Assembly: GCF_964204645.1 (NCBI RefSeq)
Contig: NC_134027.1
Span: 8,030,485 to 8,094,484, forward strand
Reading direction: 5' to 3'
Origin: Tubulanus polymorphus
Taxonomy: Eukaryota; Animalia; Nemertea
DNA length: 64,000 nucleotides
The position numbers were made by a program, and so were the translations under genes. Of this stretch, positions 26,501 to 41,500 are shown piece by piece (the stretch's first letter is position 1; each line of letters opens with the position of its first letter). Below the pieces are notes generated by a model that worked only from the letters and a program-made list of their open reading frames with translations, had not been told where the DNA came from and did not search any database.

Positions 26501-29500
26501 AATGATAAGAACTCATTACTTAGATGGAATTGATATAAAACTATACAGTCGTGCTGCTGGTCATGGCGCAGGCGAATATCTGCCATCCTCACGCGATCTA
26601 CATCTTCTACCATACAGTATTCAAAGTTGATGTGCATGTTATACTTGAATTACTTATCTTTAGTTGATTTGTTTCCCTGAAGTGTAACAGACTAAGGCTG
26701 GAAAAAAAATTAAACAAAAACTTTTCTTTGCTTACTTCGTAAATTTTGTGGAAACAAGAAACATCATTTAGCTAATAGTCATTTCCGAAACAAAACAAAA
26801 AAATGTTGGTTTCGTAGACAAAAAGTAGAAAAGAAATGCCCAAGTATGCGATAACCAATCAGATATAACAAGCTGATCACATGAATGATCGAAATCATTG
26901 CCAGCATTCTGGGATATCATATCTTCATCTAAGGCCAGGAATGCATCGAAAAGCTTCTGCCTGTTATGAAGGATTTGCGAATATGAACATAAAGATTGCT
27001 TCATTAAACCTGGTTAATAACAATAAATACAAAAGGTCAAGCACGTTGAATTATGGTCAATCTGGCAGCTTAGAGGCTATCGGGACTAGTTTATACAAGT
27101 GCGTGCAATCTATACTTATAGGTATCTAATAATGGATGTGGAAACCTATTCAATAACTAGTCATTTGTTCTTTATGAACGAACTGGCTGATACCCAAGAG
27201 GTTCATCGGTACTGGACATAAGTTATTCCGGCTTCATTATCGCTCAGATTTAGCTATATGGTACAGAAATATATCAGCTAGTTAATCAGGATTTTCCTTG
27301 ACCAATCTGCCCTTTATTGTATGGTCGGCTAACAATCAAACCGTTCACGAAATAAATCAACGAAGCCATAATAGTCTTGGTGTTGAATAAGCACTTGTCA
27401 GTGCTCTCCAGCGAAGATGCCGCGTTCGTACTGCAGTTTCTATAGCGTTGTTTTTTACGAGATTTACTTGGTTAGCGCGGAAGATCGTTGTGTATGTTTT
27501 TTGAAAGCCGAATGAGGATGAACGAACGTCGATTAATGATAAAAGACAACCCGCGTAACTGCGATCTTTAACCACAATATCCAAATCATTGTTTGCGACA
27601 GCATCGACATCAGACTCGTGATAATCATGAATCCCTGTGTATGAAGCAATAGATGATAACCACAAGTTAGATCAATGGTGTGTTGTAAATCAAGATCGAT
27701 AGGCGGAAATAGTAAGCACATTTCAAATCTACTATCTTGCCCTTTTTTATAATGCAATTTAGTGGAATCTGGCCTTTTCACATTGACAGGACGATGCTCA
27801 AATGCTTCAACGTGACATTGTAAATGTTTTCTTTAATACCGTGCGTGATTGCTACTTCACTTTGACCACAGACTTTGCATCCGGACTTCGTATCCGTGCT
27901 TTGACATTTCTGTTCAGTTATCTTTATTACGTTAGCTGTCACGTTATGAAGATTTATTGGTCAACCGGTCATTGTCACTGACTGCTGTTGACCAACAGGA
28001 GATCAGTTATTGATTGTTTATCACCTATTGCCTTTTATACGTGTCTACAGTATCTGTCTCAAACACGAATTATTGCATCGAGTTTGTTACGCTCTTTGGT
28101 GGCGCATTTTGATGGACATTTTGTTTTCTTTTTATGGACATTCATTCCGTGTAACCTTTAGATGTGTCTATTAAGTTTCGAGGTGGACTAGTTTTTGGGA
28201 TTATTTGCAATGTCCATCGTCGATTTTAGTGAACGGACTGGTCAGCAAAAAAGTGGAAGATAGACGAAACTGTCGTCGAAATTCTTCATTAACAGCAATA
28301 ACAATGTTTATCTTACATAAATCTTGAAGTGAATTTGCTTGTATTGCAAATGGTTTTGAAAAATCAAAGTCTTTTATCTATGCTTTGTTAATATGCGTCT
28401 ATGCTTTTTTATGGAAATATTGCTGTTTGAAACCCTTTTTAGGGTAATAATTGCTTTCGTTAGATTAGAATTGAAGTAGTGAACTTCTCACTGCCGGTCT
28501 CAGTCTTTCTTCTCTCCCCAATTACTTCTCTTAACAAGATCTGCTATAAACTCAACTTTAACTCCGATGAAGACATTTCTTGATTTCTTCATTTCAACTT
28601 CATTTATCATATGAGCATCAATAACTAGTTTACTTTGATAGATGTTGCTAGTGTTTGAAGACGTTTCTGTCGGGCTTTGATTACTATTGATTCGGTCATT
28701 TCTGCCTCAAGAAACTGACGGCGATTTGTTTTTTTCATATCTGACAGTTGCATTTGGCCTATTATTGCAGAACCAGCACAATATGAATGACCTGTTCGCC
28801 TTTGATGTCCATTGATTTTGAGTTTTCTTCTGCCGGTTGTGCGCGGAACAAATGACATCCGTTTTTTGCTGTTGCATCATACACGGTTCAGTAGCATTCT
28901 CCGATGCTGATTGGTTTTTCAGCACATGCCGGCATTACGCTACGTTTCTCCGAAATATCAACTCAACCTTCGATATTGATGCGAACAGATAGAAAAGGTT
29001 TTAAAAAGTAACACACTAAAACTTTGTGAGAAATAATTCGAAACTGAAAGTTTGTTGAATTGAAACGACAACACTCGGCTTGTGACTACCCACCTTCATC
29101 ATCAGGTGGAATCGCAGGTGTTGCTTATTGAAATCAAATCGATTTAGTTGCATTAGCCTATTTGTTACAAAAGACCATTTTTCAGTCTCAATTTGATCAA
29201 TTGTGGTCAATAAAGTGTCTCTATTTTCCCTGATTGATACGGAATGAACAGCGTTCCTGCCGGCCACTGATCAGGTATTTGTCGTGTGAAAATTGTTCAT
29301 CGTTACTTGGCAGCATTTGTAAATTACATTGTAATTCCCAATTCCCCGCGCCAATCAACCACGCATCAATGGACCGATTTTACCGCAACTTTGCCACTAT
29401 GATAACGCCTTACGGGCAATTACCACCGCGTGATCACATGTGTCTACACTATACTAATATGCCGTGTGAAAATTGCTTAAATCATACATAATAGCTGCGA

Positions 29501-32500
29501 TTGCGCGAGCGTTTTTAATCGGAGCCAACTGTCCAGCTCGCTCTCTAATTAGGCACGGGCCCGAATTTGACCTGATTGGGACCTGACCCTGGCCGAGCTA
29601 TTTCCGTGTGATATGCAGCTAATGAAAAATCGAACCCACATTTTTGCCATTTACACGTTTCCACGGTATTCTTTGCGTTATCATAATGGTTTTTCTCGGC
29701 GACGCATTTCAAAAACGACAACAAAAAACATGTTCCGTAAATCTCACCGATGTTTCCATGTGGATAGTTAAAGAGAGATCTTGAGAGAAGAAATCCGCTA
29801 CCTTCTTTCATGCATCGATTAACGATTGACGTTGAAGAAGAAACTCTCATGCGGAAACTAATCGTCTCAAAACTTCGGTAAACAGTGCAAAAGTTTTTAT
29901 TACTCTGTTGCCTCTGAACCATTAGCAACAATTTGTCGTGTCTGGGTGATCAGTTTAAGCGATGAGTGTTGATATTAAAAGTTCGGGATTAGCATGGCCC
30001 TCGTCTTCCGCAGTGATCAAATTGCTAAACCTCTTTTCTCTAGCAAATTTGCTATCCTACTTAATGCTAAAAATCCTCAAAATCCTTGAGAACTTTTTAC
30101 TCGTAAACGCGGCAAAAAGCACCGACTTGAGTTGAGATGCTAATTGCTTGTAATCCAATACTATTGAAATTTCGATATGGTAGAAACCAGTTTTTCTGCT
30201 CTAAATCAGGATTACCATTCAACGATTTGTCTCGCTCTCTTTTCAATGGTATCATTTTTGGTGAAAGTGACAGGATCGATTTAAGAGCTTAATTTTCAGA
30301 TGACGGAGAGATGCCTCTCCGATATGGGAGATTAATAGATGTTGGATTTCCTGTATTGATTACCGAAATCATTTTCTTGCAGCGAAGTGTTTATTGCAGC
30401 TTATAAAGTCTTCTTCTTCAGGTAATCTGCCTTTTCATTAATGGGTTCAGTGTCCGTTCTGAAATTACATTACATGTACATATTCACAACGTGCCATTCA
30501 GCATGATTAGTTCATAAACGTGCCACCAGGGAACCGGTGAACTGAACGAGCTAAAACCATATCTTCATTTTCCTCTAAGCTATTGTGAATAAATTCTGGT
30601 ACATCAGAACTTAGAACTCAGAGGCCCATATTAATCCACATACTTTGTGCATGTGTTTACCTCAAGGCAGTTGGCATACTCTTTTGTGACCTTTGAAGTC
30701 TCTGTCCAAAATCTCCAGTTGGCTCTACACAAAATCCCAATCACCATGTCGACAGAAAGGAGGTTTCGGAGACTCCAAAAAGTCACGTAACTAATAAAAG
30801 AGTACGATTAGAGGCGTATGGATTCTCTGATCTGATAAAAGAGTTCGCCCAGTGTGTAACTGATTTGGACGAAACTTTGTTTGTTTCATCGTCCTAGCAT
30901 TTAACCGACAAGGCCCAAATACCTGTTATCGCTGCTTTGCAGCTACATTTATAGCATCTGTCTGGCTAGTTCGCTGATAATCATTCTTTTCGTTCCCGGA
31001 ATAATTTTGTTGTTAATTCTTCATGACTTCTGCAATATACATTCAGTTCTACCTGGTTTACCGCTCTGACCATTATGATGATGCTAATCATAATCCAGTA
31101 GTTCGAGTTTCTATAGCAATACTAACAGTAGTACTGTATTGAATCCAGTTTTTGATTACGGTATTACGGGACGTAAGAAGAAAATCCTCTTAACGACGAA
31201 TTTGCTGAAGAAAACATGATTGCCGGAGTCTCTCTTAATTACGTGTCGAGTATTTGCACGATCTGCCCTTGTGAAGGAGACTTAGCCACACCATGGTGCT
31301 GGTAAACAGCTTTCCACTGAAACTGGATAGATTAATCAACTCTTTAATATGACGGTTTAAATTCGATGAATAAACATGGAGTACTGCTGAAACTCCGAAA
31401 ATAGGTTTTAGCGTCAAAGTCGTGATAGAAGCACTATGTCTTGTACAAGTTTCTAGGGGCCTGGACGGTCAGCGACCTGTGTCTCTAGTAATTTTGGTAT
31501 AAATTGACCCTTCCGTGACTCCGCCTGACAATTTTATGGTTGAATTCGTCGCTACTTTCACATGTATTATGTATTATGTACATGTATTATAACAATTTGT
31601 AATAATCGAAGAGCCATTCTATTTCGAAACAACTCATATTTATCCAACGCAGAGGTTCATCATTAGTTCAGTTTTACAAATGTGCCCCAGTCAAAGTGGT
31701 TCACAGTGGTTGGTTAATTTCGATAAAAGCGAGTAAATATTTTGTTAATGCATCGCGGAATTGATACCTGTGGCACAAGCGATCGACACTCCTATCAGTG
31801 GTGTGTGTAGTAATTGATTATTCCTTGTTTCAAAGACAATGGTTTTGATCTTAAAATGGAGATTGACCCTGTTATTGATTTGATTGGTAGATTTCGTTTG
31901 ATTTTGTGAGTTGGTGTGCCTTACAAACCCACCACACCTGCCAGGAGCGAAACGGGGTCTGATTTTGGAATCGGAAATCAAAGTACAGATATAGTTGCGT
32001 GATTGGCGGTCGATTAAGCAGAATTTTTCGTTTAAATCGAAGTACATAATTGGGAAATTCGGTTCCAGTTCATTCAAACGATCTTCCAACCAGTCTGTAC
32101 CAAGACAATGGTTTTTAGGGGGGTGGTTGTAAATGTATCGGGTCTAACCCCAGAGGTACGCGCCTCCCTTAAGATGTCAAACACATCTTAACTGATTGTA
32201 AGTCAGTACTCATATTGCATTAGTCTCTGCCATTCTCATAACTAGCAATTTGCTTGGTAGTTGGATCGCATAATACAGCAGATGGCTGTTTATTAGGTAT
32301 GTCTCTAGTTTGGACTACCTTGATGGCTAATCGCAGTTGGGAATGGAGCCATTAAAAATTGATATAACACCGGTGACAATCATGATACACATATAAATAT
32401 TGATAGCCGACGAAATCAGCTTTAGCGGCAAAAATTCATCGATGACAATACCTAGCCCCTAACCCCTTCCCCCCAGAGATTCTACCCTGACCTCTGCGTG

Positions 32501-35500
32501 AACTCATCGATTCATATGCTAACTATTAGGTAATTTCGGGGCTGCTTTCTAGCGATCTACCATCAATACGCGTTAATGGCTGTGATCAGGGTCGCGATAC
32601 GATACGAATAGCAAACCGAATGGATGCGTACTGATATCAAAAACGGGAGGAAATTACGACTTACATCTTGCAGTAAATCACTGTCTCTCAGTCATAGATT
32701 AATTGCTTCACTCTTCATCATTTAACAGCGTTTGAAAGGTCACCGAAAGTCTAATCAGATTTCGGCGTGGTGTCAGAAAAGATTGGTCGGAAATCTTGGT
32801 CGCTATCGTTTGCGGTGAACCTCTTGATAGCTCTGCGTCGAACTATCCGACTAGTGTAATGTTTGTATAGATGCGCTTAATCTCATGGGAATATCTGCAT
32901 TTTCCATTTGATCAATTGATTTTTGGATCTTTGATGATATGTGACGTACTTTCGAGATCAAAGTTTTTCTGTTTGGTTCCGCCTATATGTAGGAGTTGAA
33001 AGAAGTTCATATTAACGCTTTGATATGGCCTTCTAGCGACGACGAACATGTCTGAAATGGATTTTTGAACGGAAAAAATATGATTCGTGTTCGTGGAAAA
33101 TGAACAGCTGCATGAGCGTTTTAGGCCCCGGCCAAAATTGGTCTGACTTAGCCTGGAAACACGCTCTCTAATTAGACACGGGCCGAATTTGACTTGGGCC
33201 GATTTGGCTCTGGCCAAATCATTTCCGTGTGATTGCGGCTTTAGGCATGAGCCAAATTTGAATCGCGCCTGATCCGGGCCTGATTTGTCCCGTGCCAGAT
33301 CGTCTTCGTGTGATCGCGACTTATAAATCAACCGATATTGCACTGGTCTATTGAATTTTCTCTCAAGTGGATGATTAAAGATTGATTGTGCTATAAGCTA
33401 TATCGAATCAACGATATGAGCTGTGATAATTCCGACTACCAGTAGCTTGTAAATAATTAATTTGATTGTATGAACACGACCGGATTAGGTTTCATTCGCG
33501 TATATGTATATTTACATCTACACGCTCATTGGCTGCTATGGATTCATATTGACGCGCGATACATCAGTTCCAACATGTTAAACACAAGAATTATAATTAA
33601 GTTATCTGCGATGATGATTTTGTATATTATTGATTTGTCAATCCTGTTCACTGTTGTGTGAGAGCCTCTGTCATTTGGTCAGATCATGGACTCAAGAGTC
33701 CATGATCAGATCATTCACCGTATCAACTCTACGGTCAGATCGCAATTGAGGATGGCGTTAAGCGATGAACTGATTTTGACTCTGTTGCAAAAGCACGGAA
33801 CCAACGAGAAAACTTGCTGGAAAGTTTATTGACGCCTTGAAAAATAACATGTATATTGCGTATTATTGTGGACAATGAATAAGATGATATGGCCATAAGT
33901 TATATAATATCAGGGATCAATAAAGTTTTATTGGATTTGAATATATCGATAATTGAATTGAATTGACGGGCAACCAGTCCAGCCCCCAATACATTGATGA
34001 TGATGTGCACATCTCAAAAAATTATTGTTTAAGTTAATCAAATATAGAATATGAGTTATGTAGAAAATAAACTCCAAAATTCAAAATTGTTATTGTTATT
34101 TTGAAACGGAAATAGTGATGACGTAGTGCACATCGACTCACACAGAACCACTTAAATAATGCATATTAGGTATCAATGTATATAAACATTGTTGTAACAG
34201 TTTTAAGGGCGTCAAAAAAATAAGGATTGGCAATTAGGAGTCAGAGAGTATACAAAAATTAGGAATATATCCATGCAGAAAAACCAGACAGTCATCTTTG
34301 ATCAAAAATAAGGAAAGATCTATTTTCTTAAGAGGAATTCATCTGAAATTTCGAGCATGTTGCTACGATCAAGTGTAGCGTTATCTCTACATGATGTTAC
34401 CTAATCATTTCCGCTGTGCTTATCATTAAATTATCGAATTCATTCACACCCCGCTGAATTTTGCCAATAATGTAAATTGTTAATATTAGATATTTTCTTC
34501 GTCGCGCAAATTGGAAAATGGATTGTCCAATTGAACATCCGATTGCCCGATTGATTTATGGATTGGTATATTGATTCGATTGTTACAACCGATGATAGAT
34601 ATCATCTGAACCGGCTGAGGGATCTATGTATTTATGATTGACGGTTGGCTTACGACTGACCTTTCACCTGATTCATGCCAACCGGTCCGTTGAGATCTGT
34701 CGAAAAAAAGACCCATTAGCCGGTATTACACGGAGATCAGGCCCGAGTTAACTAAGGCCCGTGCCTTATCACAGCGCGCGTTCACATGTAAACCACCTCA
34801 CTCGATATTAAACGCTTGTGTCACCATTACTTATGACCGAGTTTCTCCAGCAAAGACCAGGAACAAGAGTATTACCAAATACAGAAAAAATTCATAAGAG
34901 AAGGGCATTTTGGCAGATACGTGCTTTCCAATTTCATTCAAACAGGTTCTATATTTCCTGCCCTGTTCAGGGACGAATTTAGGGGTAAATCTGAGGGTCT
35001 TCTCTGAATTCTAGGGGCATACCTAAAAGAAAAGGGCAACATACTGATAACGCACCGAGCGCATTGCGTGAGGCTAACACTGCTTCAGCGCAGGGGGGTC
35101 CTTCCAGGGGTCTGAGGCCCGAAGATAATTTCAGAGATTCCAGCGCTGATTTGAAGCCATTTCCTGCATTTTGAGTCATGAAATTATTTTGCGAGCAAAA
35201 TTTTTTGAATCAAATCAAATCTAACAATAGAATAAAACCAACGAAAATCCCTATTTTAAGATTTAGAAAAAAATTGTATCCAAGATTCCAACATAGATTG
35301 CAAGAAGACCGTTGGCTTCAATCAATAAAATCAAACCCCAAAACATCATTGCTATTTGTCGTGGGCAAACAGGTTATTTTGAGAAGTAAGGTTTCGCAGA
35401 ACAGCCCTTCCTGTTTATTTAAAACTAATGGCTCGGGGAAATAATATTTAGCGTTAATAATATCTCATTAACGCCAAGCCTACGTTTCCTGAAGATATGT

Positions 35501-38500
35501 TTCGTTAATGGTCACTGATTTCTGCGTACACACAGTAAGTGCTATTATATTATTTTTTGTTCAGTGCATTTATTTGACGTTTGTAGTTTCAAGTTTCTGC
35601 GGCTATTCCGGTCCATATCTTTCAACCCGATTTCATCGAAAAGAATTTTCTTCGCGTTTCACTTAAAAAAAGAATGGATTGGCTCCTGATTATGTCTGCA
35701 AAACTTCTCCCAACATATTCACCTTCTCGTCAACTTAGATCTGGAGCTGACAATTTGCTTATTATGCCAAACTTAGTATACCTTAAGGTAGGGGCACACG
35801 AGCGTATTTTTTCGCCCGATCGCAGCGAATTTATAAATCGCCCGAAAAATTCGCTCGTGTGGCCACTCACGGCGACGACGATTTCGTCGGCCGACTCAAT
35901 CTCCCGGCGAAGCGCCCGTATCAAACATGTTTGATATTTTCGGCCAATTATTTACGCCGGCGATCGGATCGCCCGCAAATTCGCTCGTCTGCCCACACTC
36001 AGCGAATTTCGCCGAGCGATCCATTTTTATCAACCAATAGGATGCATTGTTGATATCATGTGATTCGTTAACTCTCTCCCTCTTAGTGCCAGTCGCTGAC
36101 CGAATTTCGGTTTGATCGCTATGTGTGCCTGCTCGTATCGGGCATATAATTTCGCCGGCGAATTTAATCGTCGCGATCGGGCGAAAAAATACGCTCGTGT
36201 GTCCCTAGCTTTAAGCGGATGATCTTTCTCATTTCTTGCTCCTTCCCTTTGAAATGCTTTAGGGTCAACCCCAAATCATTCGTCAAAACTTACTTTTTAA
36301 AGCGCCTTCGAGCATTAAGTCAGTGAAAATTGGCTCTGTACAAATATTACATCATCGTAATCATCAAGAAATCTTAATCTAACGTACGAATGAAGAAATA
36401 TTTCTCGCGTAAGTAGATTGTTATTTCGCGTCGAATTGATTTTTTTAATCGTCTCGTCGTCAACAAAATCGTCAGCGTCGACGTCGTCTTGTCTATGAAC
36501 TGGTGGCTATTAATCTGCAGAATATCCTCGATGGGTTTAGCGGCTAAATAAGATTTTTCAAGCACCTGTACTTGCTGAAAATCGAGGAGGACGTAATCAT
36601 CAGCGCGGAGTCTGCTCGCGTAGATAAGGGGGATATTTTCGCGCAAAGCGTTGCCAGCAAGCGAACGAGCAAGCATCAGAAATTAAGCACAGCCATGATT
36701 AGATATTGAAATTGGAGAGACTCGACGGAGAGGACGTATTTGAACTGGTGCCCGGAGGAAAAAGTTATGAAAGTACCCGGTTTCATTAGTTTTGCCTCGT
36801 AAGCTCTTACGTGAACAACACTTGGTGAGATGTAGTTTTGAAATTGAAATCAGAAAAGTTCTGATCAAAGTTTTTTTCGTCTCAATCACAACTCAATGAA
36901 TAATCAGTACAAACAGCAAGAACGGATCTAGGATCATTCGAAGGGGCTGGACCTGAAAATTGGAATGGGCACTTAACTCCTAGGCAGATTTGGCAATGTG
37001 AGGCCTGCAAGCATGAAAATTGGCATGGGCTCTTTTGGCCCTCCTGCAGAAAATTTAAGACATAAAGGGGCTTTTCAGGCCCTCATCACGACCTCTTTGG
37101 ATTTATTTTTGTCGTTTTAAAATCTTTTTTGCAAAAAATGTTTCCAGACTTTTTGAAGCACACGTTCGAATTTTGGACTGGGTGGACTAGTCCTAAATCC
37201 ACCCTCCTAAATCCACACTTAAACAGGCAATGTTTTAGAGAGTGAAATATTCTCTTTCAACCACGGAGCATCATTCAAGGATGAATGGTTTGCCGGCAGG
37301 GACCAGAAGAATTAATATTGAAACTCTGTCTCTATTGCATGCGAGGTGATATCTACATACCGAGGTGAGTTGCTCGTCTAGCTCCTGAGACTAAAATGCG
37401 GGGATCATTGCGGACTAATGCTCATTTACAGACCTTCCTGGCTAATTTATCTAAGCAAACTAAAGTGTATTTAGTGGCCATCTCCCCAGAGAAGCTCAGA
37501 ATGCTCTCTCTGAAAGAAATATATCACCTCAGCAACACTGACAATTTGTTGGTTTACAATGAATGTTGATTACATTCTACTGTGCGCGCAGCTTTTACAG
37601 ACTGCGTTGCCTCAAAGCCGATGAGAATTGCAGACAATTACAGTTCTACTCATCTCAGCCGTGATACGGGTGACACTGATTTGCATCTTTGTTGTTGTCC
37701 ATTTAATATGACTGTTATACCACAGTAGACTTCACGAGACTTCATAAGTTCATCAGGTGAACAGACAAGAAAATTGTTACTGGTTACCGGTTCTCGGGGT
37801 TCCATGAGACCCTTATTCTTGGTCTGTCTGTGTGTCTGCCTGTCAGTGTGTATCTTTTCGTCTGTCTGTGTGTCTTGTCTTGTCTTTCAGCTACTTAGCT
37901 CTTTTAATAGTGGGTCGATCTTGATGAAACTTCAGTACAATGTTAGTATGGAGGTCTAGTTGTGCAGTGCAAAAAATGGGTCTAGTGGACCACCTAGTGG
38001 CAGAACTAGGCACTTAAACTGTTTTTCAGTGCCATGACCTTGAAGATGACCTCACAACTGAGGAATGGGGTGAAACTTAAAAAGTTGACTTGAATAGATT
38101 AAGCTATTGGCCCTAGATGCAACATACCCAAAATGCATTGGGAACTAAAATGCATACTAATTTCCGAGTTCAAGCCTGAACCTGAGAATGTTGTTGCCTA
38201 TGGCTTGTTCTTCACTTATAGCTTAACCCTTTGTATCTCTTACTACATGTACTTGACTTAATTCTATATATTGACAAGGAAAACTTGGATAAAACATAAG
38301 ACAAGCTACGAACTCGAAGAAACTCGAGGGGGGCGGACCCAGGGGCAAATTTTGAAGAACTTGTGGCATCCCAAATAGGCAATTTTAGGCGACTTCCACA
38401 CCGATGGGATAATCAGACCATATACCTGTCCCCCAGCCTTTCTACGGAGAAAAATGTTGTCACGTATAACAGGACTTCAAACCAAAAAAGCAATATTAAG

Positions 38501-41500
38501 CATACTACTTCAATGAAATGAACTTTTTGTTTGTTGAAAAAGACTTATCATATCATCAGTAGTGTATGCCAGGCATTTATGCCCAAAGTTGAAAACTTGT
38601 CCATGCATTATATTATACATTCCATTCTTTAAGATAAAAGACTGGATTCCAGGATTTTGAATGTATAGCTTGAAGGGACAAATCTAAGGAAAAAGGGTGT
38701 GCTTTTCTCAGATTGGGCGCTGACCTTTTCAGTCCCTCTCGGCCAGCGTAGAATTCGTCTTCCAGTTTTTGCTTTTTTTCCCTCAGATCACACAGAAATG
38801 ATCGTCCGTCTGTATGATCAGGATAATTCATTTGCTGGCAGGAATTGCTATCGAGAAAAACAAACAGCCTGTACTTTTCCTTTGTGAAATCCTTTATTGC
38901 TGAATCAGGTGGCAACTAGGACATCCACATTTTCTCTGAACTGCTTGGCAGATTTTTAATGATCACTTTGCAATTTCGGTGATTTTTATAGCATGAGTGA
39001 AATGAACATTGAAGAGCACATAGAAGGGCAGGTTGATGACTAGTTGTCACTACTGTGAAGAGAGTCTCTTGAAGAACTAATTAAGTGTTGCTTCTCTGGC
39101 ATTGAAACCAATCAAGTTAGAATTGAATGATGATTACGCGAGTTATTGAAGAAATCTTCGCGATATTTTGCCACTTTTGCGTACCATGAATAAGCGCGTC
39201 GTCAATTTGGAAGAACTGAGTTGACGTAGTATGCCGGTACCTGCATTGTTACAGCGACGGATAATCTTATTTACGGCGTCATTTCCCTGTTCATTGCGTC
39301 AGAAGAAATACGACTTTTATAATCTTTACCTCAAAGTGCCTTGATTGAAAACGTAATCTTCTCGGCTTTATAGATTTAAGATCGTCGTGAAATATCGCTC
39401 TTTTTTTCGAAATGAACTTTTTTTTCGCCGAACGAATAGTTTTTTCAAGTATAGAATTTATTATAATTCCATTATCAGCCAACTTACGAATTAAAATGAT
39501 CTGCACTGTTATAATATGAATGTAGGATTAACTAAAGGATTAAGTTATTTGTGTTAATGCTTGCAGTCATTGCGTGTAATGAATGAATATACATATACTA
39601 TCTCCTTTGGCTGTTTATTAATTTCGTACGACACTTTCCTGACGTGCATGCGTAATACCTAGAAGTTTATGTAAACTCACAACTGGTAATAGATTATTTC
39701 ATTTAGATGATAGTGATGTATTAGTTTTAGTATAGATGTCGTTACGTTTGATTTGTTTGATTTGATTTCTCGGGACCTAGTTAGTCTAAGTTTGCTAAGG
39801 TGAGTTTATTGAGTTCTATATGAACTTTGTTGACCTCCAGTTTTATGAGTGTCATCAATATATTTATATTTAACCGTTAATGAGGGTAATTATTAAAGTC
39901 AAAACAAGGCTTAATTTCAGATTATTGAAATCCTGATTAGGTATCTTGATCGTGTAACCATTTGCATGTGGATACGCATATCATTTAGGCCTAAAGTGAG
40001 TGTCCACCCAAATTCTGCCCCACATGTAGGCCTACGAATTGAGATGTTTATTCTCAAATGCCAATAGGTGCAAATGAGGGAGAACTATCTGTGTAGCAAT
40101 GGACAAATTGGAATAGCAATATCAGTAGTCGTCAGAAACCAATTTGCAGAGTGGAAGCTCCTCAATGCACACCTGTGGAACAATATTGTTTGTGAATATT
40201 TGTACTGATATGTATTTCATTAATTTCTTGTCTGGCCGCTAGTTCAGAATTCAGACCCAGATCAGCTAGAAGCTGACTTAACCAGATCACATAGATGTGC
40301 CGAAAAAGGAATCTGCTATAGATCCTTCAATTTTCGATTCAATTTAGTATTTGAATTCATGTTTTACATTCATTTCAGGCTGCATGGATGCAATCATGAA
40401 ACCAGGATCAAACCCTGCGCATACGCGATGAAACAACGCAATTGAATATCAATAATGCATCCGCAGTCAGTTGAACAACAATAACACCGGTCTGGTCGTG
40501 TCGGTTGTATGGGAGCGTAAAAAAAGCTGTAGCAAATATTTTTCGAATTGAAATTTACAGAAAGAGGCGACTCGACATCATATCTCCAGAAGACATCGCA
40601 TGTATGCATCGGTGACATCGTAGCTAGTTGATGAACTGAATTGACATTCCCACTGTTAATCTAGGTTAATGAATGTGTATGCATACTCGGTGATTGACGT
40701 AACGACGGAGATGGAGAAACGATTGCATCGCGCGCGTTGGCCCACGAGTAGCATCATTTAAGTCCTCTGATCGCTGATCAGCCTTGTATCCTGGTCGTAG
40801 ATTGTCCGGTAAAACTGACTACAAGTTGCATCATAACGGATACTGATATAGCTCTGCTTGACCGGGATGGTTTAAAGTTTTGTTAAGTTGAAAATGCGTG
40901 TGGCATTATGGCGTGACACATTTTTATGTTAGATTACTGTTGTAGCGGTAAACATTGGAATTCATTGAGTAAATGATTCAGTAGAAATGTATACACCAGA
41001 TAGTGTAAGAAGAAATATATCGAAGAAGGAATAGAGGAATATTGTTACTGAAAACGCTTTTCATCTGTAGTTTATTTGGGATATCGAGTGATATTTTGGA
41101 CTACCAGTACACGGTTGATAGAGATACATGCTAACAGTTGTTGAACTTCAGAGGCAGTGAATGATTTTATCATATTTGCATTTCGTTTCGAAGAGATTGT
41201 CATTTCGCCGCAAAGCATACGCCGCCGCCGACGCCGGTCCCCGTGAGAATTGAACAGACTTGTCGTAAGCCATCCGCAAAAATCCCATTGTAAATAAATT
41301 ACGCTGATATTTGAGGATTTGACAGAATTACGATTTTTTATCTGATAAAACGTCCGAAACAACGTGCTTTACGGCGATATCTAGCGTGATAATTATCGAT
41401 ATCGGAATTCGACAGTTGCGGAGGTACGAACATTACAGTGTAAATCAAGCAAGTAATTAAAAAGTGTTTTCGCCCGCCGAGGTAAATAGAAGTGTGATTG

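Noticed and set aside
34975-37220. GC-rich repeat-like segments at ~34975-35180 and ~36920-37220
   Set aside because: They resemble internal parts of non-autonomous DNA transposons, but TIRs and TSDs could not be delimited.
38613-38915. 100-aa minus-strand ORF
   Set aside because: Non-ATG start, no recognisable motif and no convincing splice partners; possibly a TE relic but unsupported.
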